Below the pieces are notes generated by a model. That model was given only the letters and a program-made list of their open reading frames with translations, was not told where the DNA came from and made no database searches. Below, piece after piece: positions 10,109 to 18,334 of a stretch of DNA of 30,054 nucleotides (its first letter is position 1; every line of letters begins with the position of its first letter). Position numbers and translations under genes: made by a program. The DNA is from Candidatus Schekmanbacteria bacterium. GTDB taxonomy: Bacteria; Schekmanbacteria; GWA2-38-11; J061. Where the stretch lies: assembly GCA_003695725.1 (NCBI GenBank), contig RFHX01000040.1, positions 1 to 30,054 of the forward strand. The letters are read 5' to 3'.

Positions 10109-11116
10109 ATGTCGGGCAGTTACAATGTTGCAGTTGTCGGTGCCACAGGCGCCGTAGGAAACGAAATGGTAAGTCTCTTGGAGGAAAGAAATTTCCCTGT
10201 TAAAAATTTAAGACTACTTGCATCTGAGAGGTCTTTAGGAAAAAGAATAAAATTTAAGGGTGAAGATATTCCTGTTGAGGTGTTGAGTAAGGATTCATTC
10301 AAGGGGATTGACTACGCTCTCTTTTCTGCTGGTGCTGCAAGAAGCAAAGAATTTTGTCCTATTGCAGCAGAAAGCGGTGCTGTTGCTGTTGACAATAGCA
10401 GTGCCTTTAGAATGGAACCTGATGTCCCGTTAGTTGTCCCTGAAGTAAATCCTCATGCTGCCTTCAAGCACAAAGGAATTATAGCCAATCCAAATTGTTC
10501 AACTATTCAGATGGTTGTAGCCCTTAAACCCCTTCATGATTATGCTAAGATAAAAAGGGTTGTAGTTGCCACTTATCAGTCTGTCTCTGGTGCAGGGAAA
10601 AGAGCAATGGAAGAATTAGCTTCTCAAAGCAGGGATATTTTGAATATGAAGGAAATAAGAATTGAAAAATTTCCTCATCAGATTGCATTCAACTGTCTGC
10701 CTCATATCGATGTCTTCCTTGACAATGGATATACAAAAGAAGAGATGAAAATGGTTAATGAAACCAAGAAAATTATGGAAGATGATTCCATTGCTGTGAC
10801 TGCAACTACTGTTAGAGTCCCTGTTTTTTTAAGTCATTCGGAAGCTGTAAATGTTGAATTTGAAAATGATATTACCGTTGAAAAAGCACGTGAATTATTA
10901 GGGAATTTTCCAGGAATAGTTGTTGTCGATGATGTTAAGAATGCAAAGTATCCATTAGCAATCTATGCAGCAGGAAAAAATGAAGTTTTTGTGGGCCGCA
11001 TCAGAAAAGATGTAACAGTGAAAAGCGGGTTGGATATGTGGGTTGTTGCAGATAATCTTAGAAAGGGTGCGGCTACAAACGCAGTTCAAATAGCAGAACT
11101 TCTTATAAAAAACTGA
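10109..11116 (+). CDS. asd: Aspartate-semialdehyde dehydrogenase
   Basis: VAVVGATGAVG, DNSSAFRM, ANPNCSTIQ (catalytic Cys), TYQSVSGAG, GYTKEEMKMVNETKKI, DNLRKGAATNAVQIAE. Confidence 0.97.
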   Translation: MSGSYNVAVVGATGAVGNEMVSLLEERNFPVKNLRLLASERSLGKRIKFKGEDIPVEVLSKDSFKGIDYALFSAGAARSKEFCPIAAESGAVAVDNSSAFRMEPDVPLVVPEVNPHAAFKHKGIIANPNCSTIQMVVALKPLHDYAKIKRVVVATYQSVSGAGKRAMEELASQSRDILNMKEIRIEKFPHQIAFNCLPHIDVFLDNGYTKEEMKMVNETKKIMEDDSIAVTATTVRVPVFLSHSEAVNVEFENDITVEKARELLGNFPGIVVVDDVKNAKYPLAIYAAGKNEVFVGRIRKDVTVKSGLDMWVVADNLRKGAATNAVQIAELLIKN

Positions 11117-11213
11117 GTAAGTGACTAATGTCTCCATTCACTTATGTCATAAGATAATGATACAAAAAAATTTGCCGCCGACATTTTGTTAAAAATAACT
11201 CTGGTTTAATGGA

Positions 11214-11756
11214 ATGAACATTGCCAATTGGATAACTGTTTTTAGAATTTTGCTTGTCCCTTTTTTTATAATTTTCCTATTATATGGAAGATTTAAAGAA
11301 TCGCTTTGGCTTTTTTGTATTGCAGGAATTACAGATGGAATTGATGGTTACATTGCCCGCTCGTGGGGACTTAAAACTGAGCTTGGCTCATACCTTGACC
11401 CCCTTGCAGATAAGCTTCTTCTTGTGTCCTCCTTTATAGTTTTTTCATTGAAATTTCCCGATTTGATACCTCCATGGCTTACTGTCTTAGTGATAAGCAA
11501 AGACCTTATAATTGTTATTGGCGTCATTATTTTGCATTTTTTAATCAATGAGCCTAAAATTCAACCTTCCTTCATCGGCAAATGCACAACAGCCGTGCAA
11601 ATACTTTTGATATTTTGTTCTTTGTTGTCCAAGACATCAGAATCATCATTACTTTTATCTACCATAGATGTAACTGTATATGTTGCAGCTTTTTTGACTG
11701 TAGCTGCAGGTATGCAATATGTTTTTTACGGGACAGCGCAATTAAATGGTAATTAG
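11214..11756 (+). CDS. CDP-alcohol phosphatidyltransferase family protein (PgsA/cardiolipin-synthase-like)
   Basis: Family signature TDGIDGYIAR...LGSYLDPLADK; multiple TM segments; N-terminal ANWITVFRI. Exact substrate not determinable. Confidence 0.88.
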   Translation: MNIANWITVFRILLVPFFIIFLLYGRFKESLWLFCIAGITDGIDGYIARSWGLKTELGSYLDPLADKLLLVSSFIVFSLKFPDLIPPWLTVLVISKDLIIVIGVIILHFLINEPKIQPSFIGKCTTAVQILLIFCSLLSKTSESSLLLSTIDVTVYVAAFLTVAAGMQYVFYGTAQLNGN

Positions 11757-11777
11757 ATTGGACGAGATTTAGAGTTT

Positions 11778-13082
11778 CTATTTTTTTCTAAATTTAAATT
11801 TAATTGGAAGACCTTCAAAGTCAAAATATTCTCGAAATCGTTTTTCAATGTAGCGAACATAGGTTTTGTCTATACTATTGGGATGGTTTGTGAATATCTG
11901 AAACAGCGGTTTAGAAGCAGGAAGTTGATGTATATATTTTAACTTGATTATTTTTCCTGAAGCTGAAGGATGATGATGTTCTTTTTCAATAGTTTTCAAA
12001 AAGCTGTTCAATTCTGAAGTGGAATATCGTTTTCTCATTTTTTCTTTTAATAAATTAAGCGCTCTAAATATCCTTGTGATTCCATATCCTGTTTTAGCTG
12101 AAACGGTAAGGATTAAAGGATAATTTAGCTTTCCCAATCTCATACGAACAAAGCTAATAAAATCATTTTGAGATATTCCTTTGTCTTTGATTAAATCCCA
12201 TTTGTTGCAGAGCAAAATAAAACCGGCATTTTCTTCATAAATAAGGTTTGCAATTTTTAAATCTTGGTCTGTAATTCCTTCAGCAGAATCGATTACCAAG
12301 ATGGCTATATCGCAATTTTTTAATGTATTTATTCCTGTAATGACACTTTCTCTTTCTCTCTTGTCTTTTATCTTCATTTTTTTTCTTATTCCGGGATTGT
12401 CGATAATCATCATTTTTCCTTCAGGTGTATCAAGAAGTATATCGATGCTGTCTATCGTCGTTCCGGGAATTTCACTTACTATTACTCTTTCGTCTCCAAC
12501 AAGACTGTTTGCAATGGATGATTTCCCGGCATTGGGTCTGCCTAATATGGATATTTTTAATATTCTTTCTTCTTCAACTTTTGATGGTTCTATAATCAGT
12601 GAGGATATTTTCTCTAAAAGCTCGTCTAAACCTATTCTGTGCTGTGCAGATATAAGTAGGTATTCCTCGAATCCTAATTCATAGATTTCATTGGCATTTT
12701 GAACTGCTTTTTTTAAATCACATTTGCTGACAACAGGGATTATAGGTTTCCCGGACTTTCTCACAATATCTGCGAGTTCTTTATCAATGGGTGTAACTCC
12801 TGTTTTGCCATCAATTAGGAAGATTATTATTTCAGAGCGTTCTACCGATTTAACAGTTTCCTTTTTGACCAGTTGTTTTAATTCATCCTTCTCTTCATCA
12901 TATCCCCCTGTATCGCTAAGAATAAATTGCTTGTCATCGGCAGTTACAATTGCTTCTACTCTGTCACGAGTTGTACCCGGAGTATTGCTTGTCAATGCCT
13001 TTTTTTTTCCAACCAAGGCATTGAATAATGTGGATTTTCCAACATTAGGTCGTCCAATTATTGAGACACTTTTCAACTGCAT
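11778..13082 (-). CDS. der: Ribosome biogenesis GTPase Der (EngA)
   Basis: Two tandem G-domains (GRPNVGKSTLFN, PGTTRD, DTGG; GRPNAGKSS, PGTT, DNPG, NKWD) and C-terminal KH-like domain (YIEKRFREYFDFEGLPI). Confidence 0.94.
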   Translation of the reverse strand: MQLKSVSIIGRPNVGKSTLFNALVGKKKALTSNTPGTTRDRVEAIVTADDKQFILSDTGGYDEEKDELKQLVKKETVKSVERSEIIIFLIDGKTGVTPIDKELADIVRKSGKPIIPVVSKCDLKKAVQNANEIYELGFEEYLLISAQHRIGLDELLEKISSLIIEPSKVEEERILKISILGRPNAGKSSIANSLVGDERVIVSEIPGTTIDSIDILLDTPEGKMMIIDNPGIRKKMKIKDKRERESVITGINTLKNCDIAILVIDSAEGITDQDLKIANLIYEENAGFILLCNKWDLIKDKGISQNDFISFVRMRLGKLNYPLILTVSAKTGYGITRIFRALNLLKEKMRKRYSTSELNSFLKTIEKEHHHPSASGKIIKLKYIHQLPASKPLFQIFTNHPNSIDKTYVRYIEKRFREYFDFEGLPIKFKFRKK

Positions 13083-13093
13083 CTTTCTTACCT

Positions 13094-13121
13094 AAAAAAA
13101 AAGCAGGGCTTGACCCTGCTT
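13094..13121 (-). terminator. Intrinsic terminator after ihfB, immediately before der
   Basis: Minus strand AAGCAGGG-TCAAG-CCCTGCTT followed by a T7 tract: perfect 8-bp stem, 5-nt loop. Confidence 0.8.
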
Positions 13122-13153
13122 ATTACTATTCATTTTTTCAGCTATGAAATAGA

Positions 13154-13450
13154 TTATTCCTCTTCTTTTCCTGATGAATCCACAAGCTTTTTTAATTCTT
13201 TTCCTGCCCTGAAAAAAGGCACTTTTTTTGGCGGCACGCTTACCTTTTCTCCTGTTAAAGGATTTCTGCCGTCTCTTGAATTTCTATGTCTAACTGTAAA
13301 CGAGCCGAATCCTCTTATTTCTACCTTATCCCCTGCAACAAGAGCTCTTTTAATGTTTTCAAAAAAACAATTGACTACAGCTTCTGTCTGTTTTTTATTT
13401 AAGAATGATATTTTATCAGCTACTGCTTCTATAAGTTCTGCTTTTGTCAT
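13154..13450 (-). CDS. ihfB: Integration host factor beta / HU family DNA-binding protein
   Basis: MTKAELIE, VEIRGFGSF, GRNPLTGE, KVPFFRAGKEL; located after rpsA as ihfB commonly is; AGGAGG SD. Confidence 0.82.
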   Translation of the reverse strand: MTKAELIEAVADKISFLNKKQTEAVVNCFFENIKRALVAGDKVEIRGFGSFTVRHRNSRDGRNPLTGEKVSVPPKKVPFFRAGKELKKLVDSSGKEEE

Positions 13451-13466
13451 AACTTCCTCCTGAAAT

Positions 13467-15197
13467 TTATTTATCTGATTTCAAGTCGGAATCGTCTATT
13501 ACTGTTTTTAATTTTGGTTCGAACTTTTCTTGGTCTTCAAGATAATCCGTTATTTCTTTTTTCTCTCTTTCTTCTAAAAGTTCTCTAATGCTGAGTCCTA
13601 TTTTTTTCTCTTCGCTGTCAATCCTGATAATCTTTGCTTCCACTTCTTCACCAAGAGTAACAGCATCTTCCGGCTTATCTACATTTTTAGTGCTCAACTC
13701 TGATATATGAATAAGCCCCTCGACACCGTCTTCTATCTCGATGAAAGCTCCAAAGTTTGCAAACTTGATGATTTTCCCTTTTATTATATCTCCAACCTTA
13801 TATTTTTCTACTGCTTCTTCCCATGGGTCAGGCTCAAGGTGCTTCAAACTGAGAGAAACCCTTTCATTTTCTCTATCAATTTTTAGAACTTTTGCTTTGA
13901 TTGTTTCACCCTTTTTCACAATTTCAGAAGGATGTTTGATTTTTTTGCTCCAGCTCAAATCTGAAATATGAATCATACCATCGATACCTTCTTCCAAGCC
14001 TATAAAAATTCCGAAGTCAGTAATACTTTTTATTTCTCCTTCAACAATCGAACCGGGAGGATACTTTTCTTCTATAATATCCCAAGGATTGGGTTCGCAT
14101 TGTTTTAGCCCAAGTGAAATCTTCTTTGATTCTTTGTCGATACTTAAAACCACAGCTTCAACATTATCACCAACAGCCAATATTTTGGACGGATGTCTGA
14201 TCTTTTTTGTCCATGACATTTCTGATATGTGAATCAAACCTTCAATTCCCTTTTCAAGCTCTATGAAAGCACCATAATCAGTCAAACTAACAACTCGACC
14301 GCGGACTTTTTCACCAACAGGATATTTTTCTTCTACATTATTCCATGGATTTTCTGTTATCTGTTTCAGCCCAAGAGAAACTTTTTCAGTTTCTGGTTCT
14401 ATTTTTAGAATTTTCACTTTTATTTCATCACCAATCTTGAACATTTCAGAAGGATGGTTTATTCTCCCCCAAGTCATATCCGTAATATGTAGAAGACCAT
14501 CTATTCCGCCTAAATCTATAAAAACTCCATATTCAGTAATGTTTTTGACAATACCATCAACAATTTCGCCTTCCTTGATTTTCTCCATTGTTTTGACTTT
14601 TTTCTTTTCTCTTTCTTCTTCAAGGATTTTTCTTCTTGATATGACAATGTTTCCCCGTTTATGGTTTACATTGATGATTTTAAAATCAAAAGTTTTACCA
14701 ACCAATTCATCCATATTTTTAACCGGTCTGAGATCAATTTGGGAGCCCGGTAAAAATGCTTTTATGCCTATATCAACAGTCATTCCGCCTTTTATTCGTG
14801 AAATAATTTTTCCCTGAATGATTTCATCCCTTTCATATGCTTTTAAAAGCTCTTCCCATACTTTAACCTTGAGAGCTTTTTCTCTCGAAAGTACAATCTG
14901 GCCGTTTTGGTCTTCAATCATATCGAGATATACTTCAATTTCATCACCTACCTTTATATCAGCCATTTCTCCTGAGTGACTATAAAATTCAGAAATAGGC
15001 ACATAGCCTTCTGATTTATATCCAACATCGAGCATTACCATATCATCGGAAATTGATATAATCTTACCTTTGATGACATTCCCTTCTTTGAAATTTTGCA
15101 TAGTCTCGCTGTAAAGCTTCTCCATCATTTCACGGCTTAATTCCTGATTCTCATCGAGAGAATCCAAATTTAGTTTTTCTTCATTCGTTGCATCCAT
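13467..15197 (-). CDS. rpsA: 30S ribosomal protein S1 (six S1 domains)
   Basis: DVGYKSEG, AFLPGSQIDLRP, GIDGLLHITDM, GIEGLIHISEM, GIDGMIHISDL, GVEGLIHISEL; 576 aa. Confidence 0.97.
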   Translation of the reverse strand: MDATNEEKLNLDSLDENQELSREMMEKLYSETMQNFKEGNVIKGKIISISDDMVMLDVGYKSEGYVPISEFYSHSGEMADIKVGDEIEVYLDMIEDQNGQIVLSREKALKVKVWEELLKAYERDEIIQGKIISRIKGGMTVDIGIKAFLPGSQIDLRPVKNMDELVGKTFDFKIINVNHKRGNIVISRRKILEEEREKKKVKTMEKIKEGEIVDGIVKNITEYGVFIDLGGIDGLLHITDMTWGRINHPSEMFKIGDEIKVKILKIEPETEKVSLGLKQITENPWNNVEEKYPVGEKVRGRVVSLTDYGAFIELEKGIEGLIHISEMSWTKKIRHPSKILAVGDNVEAVVLSIDKESKKISLGLKQCEPNPWDIIEEKYPPGSIVEGEIKSITDFGIFIGLEEGIDGMIHISDLSWSKKIKHPSEIVKKGETIKAKVLKIDRENERVSLSLKHLEPDPWEEAVEKYKVGDIIKGKIIKFANFGAFIEIEDGVEGLIHISELSTKNVDKPEDAVTLGEEVEAKIIRIDSEEKKIGLSIRELLEEREKKEITDYLEDQEKFEPKLKTVIDDSDLKSDK

Positions 15198-15224
15198 TTT
15201 GTTTTTTTATAACCTCCTATCCTA

Positions 15225-15926
15225 TTATTTTTTTGCAGTTTTTTGACTGCAAAGTTTTTTTTCAATATATTTTAAAAGTTCGTCCACAATTTCTGACACA
15301 TTTCTGCCTGTTGTGTCAATATATATCGCATCTTCAGCTTTTTTCAAGGGTGCATGTTTTCGTGTAGAATCGTCTTTATCCCTTTTTTTTATTTCTTCAA
15401 TCAAAGCATCTAATGTTGTTTTTTCACCTTGGGCAATATGGTCTTTCAGCCTTCTTCTTGCTCTTTCTTCAACTGATGCATCAATAAAAAATTTTACATC
15501 TGCATCTGGAAAGATAACTGTCCCAATATCCCTGCCATCCATTACAACACCGCCGTTTTTACCTAAATTTCGCTGAATGTCAAGAAGAGCTTTTCTAACG
15601 CCCTCGAAGGACGAAACTTTTGAAGCTCCCATCGAAACTTCACGACTTCTGATTTTAGAAGAAACATCTTCCCCATTTGCTTTGATTTCAATACCCTCTG
15701 GTGTGTATTTCAGTGATACCGTAGTATTTAATGCTAATTCTGTCAATTCTTTTTCAGAATTTAGGTCTATCTTTTTTCTAATTGCCAAATATGCTATGGT
15801 TCTGTATAGCGCTCCTGTGTCGATATAGATGTAGCCAAGTTTTAATGCTATTTCTTTTGCCAGAGTGCTTTTCCCAGCCCCAGCAGGGCCATCGAGAGCT
15901 ATTATCAATCTTTTTTTTTCTGCCAT
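15225..15926 (-). CDS. cmk: Cytidylate kinase
   Basis: IALDGPAGAGKST, IDTGALYR, VVMDGRDIGTVIFPDA, RDKDDSTRKHAPL. Confidence 0.96.
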   Translation of the reverse strand: MAEKKRLIIALDGPAGAGKSTLAKEIALKLGYIYIDTGALYRTIAYLAIRKKIDLNSEKELTELALNTTVSLKYTPEGIEIKANGEDVSSKIRSREVSMGASKVSSFEGVRKALLDIQRNLGKNGGVVMDGRDIGTVIFPDADVKFFIDASVEERARRRLKDHIAQGEKTTLDALIEEIKKRDKDDSTRKHAPLKKAEDAIYIDTTGRNVSEIVDELLKYIEKKLCSQKTAKK

Positions 15927-15927
15927 G

Positions 15928-17232
15928 TTATCTTCCTGCCGTTATTTTTCTTAAAAGGCTGTAAAACTGAGGGAACGATATATTTATACAGCCCGCATCT
16001 TTGATTGTTGTAGTCCCTTCAGCACAGAGTGCTGCAATGCTGAATGACATTGCAATCCTGTGGTCCCCATTGCTTTCAATAAGAGCCCCTTTGAGTTTTT
16101 TTGCCCCTTTAATTTTAATCCAGTCATCTCCTTCAGATACCTCAACACCCATATTTGATAAGCCTTTTGCCATTACAGAAATCCTGTCACTTTCTTTGTA
16201 TCGAAGCTCTTTTATGCCTTCAAAGACACTTGTGCCTTCTGCCAAAGAGGCAAGAACAAAGATTATTGGAAATTCGTCAATAGTAAAGGGGACAAGACTT
16301 TTAGGAAACCTCATGGCTTTTAGCTTAGAAGCTTCAACCACTATATCAGCGCACGGCTCTCCACATTTTGATGTGCGATTTATAATCTTAAAGTTTCCCC
16401 CCATTTTTCTTAATGCTTGAAGAAATCCTGTACGTGTCCTGTTGATTCCTACTCCCCTTATAATCAATTTTGCATTTTCTATTAATGTGGCAGCCGCAAT
16501 GAAAAAAGCTGCAGAGGAAAAGTCTCCGGGAATTGAAAAGTCTCTTGCTTTGAAAGGTGTTTCATTTTTTTTGACAAAAATATGCCTGCCTGAAACTTTT
16601 ATATTGCCTCCAAAATACTTAAGCATCCTTTCTGTGTGGTCCCTCGATTTTGAAGGCTCTATGATTTCTGTGATTCCCTCTGCTTGCAATGCGGCGAGAA
16701 TTATTGCTGTTTTTACCTGCGCACTCGATATGGGAAGGGAATATTTTATAGAATGCAGTTTTCTTCCTTTTATAACAATAGGTGCTAAAGTATTGTTTGC
16801 CCTTGCTGTAATGTTTGCCCCCATCAATTTCAAGGGTTTTATGATTCGAGCCATTGGTCTTCTCCTAAGAGAAGAATCGCCGGTGATTATTGATAAAAAC
16901 TTTTGGCCTGCCAAAAGGCCTGTGAGAAGCCGTATAGTGGTGCCTGAATTGCCAGCATCGATGACATCTGCCGGCTCATTGAGACCGTTAATACCTTTCC
17001 CTTCTACAACAGCTCGATTTTTCTTTATCTCAATTTTTATTCCCATTGCCCTGAATGCATTGATAGTTGAAATGCAGTCGGCTCCAAGAGAAATTCCATC
17101 GATTTTTGATTTCCCCTCAGCAATGGAAGAGAATATAATTGCCCTATGAGTTATTGATTTGTCTCCCGGGATGGTTATTTCACCTGAGAGACTATTGATT
17201 TTCCCTTTGAGCTTTTTTGATGTTGAAGTCAT
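15928..17232 (-). CDS. aroA: 3-phosphoshikimate 1-carboxyvinyltransferase (EPSP synthase)
   Basis: PGDKSITHRA, GNSGTTIRL, RRRPMAR, SAQVK, RDHTERML, PGDFSSAAF, IDEFP, ELRYKESDRI, GDHRIAMSF. Confidence 0.96.
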   Translation of the reverse strand: MTSTSKKLKGKINSLSGEITIPGDKSITHRAIIFSSIAEGKSKIDGISLGADCISTINAFRAMGIKIEIKKNRAVVEGKGINGLNEPADVIDAGNSGTTIRLLTGLLAGQKFLSIITGDSSLRRRPMARIIKPLKLMGANITARANNTLAPIVIKGRKLHSIKYSLPISSAQVKTAIILAALQAEGITEIIEPSKSRDHTERMLKYFGGNIKVSGRHIFVKKNETPFKARDFSIPGDFSSAAFFIAAATLIENAKLIIRGVGINRTRTGFLQALRKMGGNFKIINRTSKCGEPCADIVVEASKLKAMRFPKSLVPFTIDEFPIIFVLASLAEGTSVFEGIKELRYKESDRISVMAKGLSNMGVEVSEGDDWIKIKGAKKLKGALIESNGDHRIAMSFSIAALCAEGTTTIKDAGCINISFPQFYSLLRKITAGR

Positions 17233-17241
17233 AACCTTATT

Positions 17242-18111
17242 TTATTTGATCCTTTTTCTCCTTTTTTGGGCTTTCAGGAAATATTCTTCGATCTCTTTTT
17301 TTTCTGATGATTTTATTAGAGCCTCAATCTTGTTCATTTGCTTTTTGAATTCTGATGAAACCTTCAAGACTTCTTTTTTGTTGAGTAGAATGATATCTGT
17401 CCACAACTGGGGACTGCTTTTTGCAATTCTTGTAAAGTCTTTAAAACCGGGTCCAATGCATTTCCATAAGTTGCTATTTTTTGCCCCTCTATATTCTAAA
17501 GTATTCATAAGAAGATAAACTGCAAGATGAGGGAAATGGCTTGTATAAGCAATCAATCTATCATGTTCTTCAGGCGACATTAAAACCGTTTTCATCCCGA
17601 TTTTTTCCCAAAAATTTTTTATAGTAAGAAGAGATTTCTTTTTGCTTTCTTTTAATGGAGTTATTATCACTCTTTTACCTTCTAATATTGCGCTGTCTGA
17701 ATACTCGATTCCTTTCTCTTCCATGCCGGCGATAGGATGGCTGCCTATGAAGGGCGCTTCAGAACCGCAATTTTTTTTAACGAATTTTACTATTGCACTT
17801 TTAGCGCTTCCTGTATCTGTTACAACTGAATTTTCTGAAAGATGCGGCAATATTTTAGAGATAGTGTCAGAAATTAAATGTACAGGTGTTGCGACAACAA
17901 CAATTTTACAACTTCTAAGTAGATCTATTTTTTTATCTTTTTCGATATTGATGGCTTCATCTGCTAAATTTTCTCTGGCGACATAATCTAATGTTTTTTT
18001 ATCAATATCAAATGCTATAATTTTCTTTTGAGGATGATGCTTTTTGATTGAATGCGCAATTGACCCTCCAATTAAACCACAGCCAATAATTGCAATTTTA
18101 TCTATATCCAT
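17242..18111 (-). CDS. tyrA: Prephenate/arogenate dehydrogenase
   Basis: Rossmann motif IIGCGLIGGSIA, VTDTGSAK, SHPIAG, HDRLIAYTSHFPH, GFKDFTRIA; directly upstream of aroA. Confidence 0.9.
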   Translation of the reverse strand: MDIDKIAIIGCGLIGGSIAHSIKKHHPQKKIIAFDIDKKTLDYVARENLADEAINIEKDKKIDLLRSCKIVVVATPVHLISDTISKILPHLSENSVVTDTGSAKSAIVKFVKKNCGSEAPFIGSHPIAGMEEKGIEYSDSAILEGKRVIITPLKESKKKSLLTIKNFWEKIGMKTVLMSPEEHDRLIAYTSHFPHLAVYLLMNTLEYRGAKNSNLWKCIGPGFKDFTRIAKSSPQLWTDIILLNKKEVLKVSSEFKKQMNKIEALIKSSEKKEIEEYFLKAQKRRKRIK

Positions 18112-18334
18112 AAAAATCTTTCTTTTATAATGAGTTCATAAAAATACAAAGGGCTTTTATTATGAACAATTTGTTATTGTCAAGAAAGAGATTTCTCTGA
18201 TTACTCTTAGTTTGGCTCATTAACGAAAACCTCGGCTCTATCTGAAATTTTTCTTTGAAATACAATTGTTTGAATAAATGTAAAAATTAATATAGAAAAT
18301 AGTTAACTTTTCAATTTTAGCTTTCAGAGAGGTT

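Noticed and set aside
12301-14817. Plus-strand ORFs opposite der, ihfB and rpsA
   Set aside because: Antisense shadows of essential genes.
16001-17518. Long plus-strand ORFs (139, 235, 119 aa) opposite aroA/tyrA
   Set aside because: Antisense shadows of well-conserved genes; Ser/Ile/Phe-rich composition typical of reverse-complement frames; no SD or motifs.
18155-18183. Minus-strand TTGACA upstream of tyrA
   Set aside because: The best -10 (CATAAT) is only 13 nt away; spacing is not compatible with sigma70.
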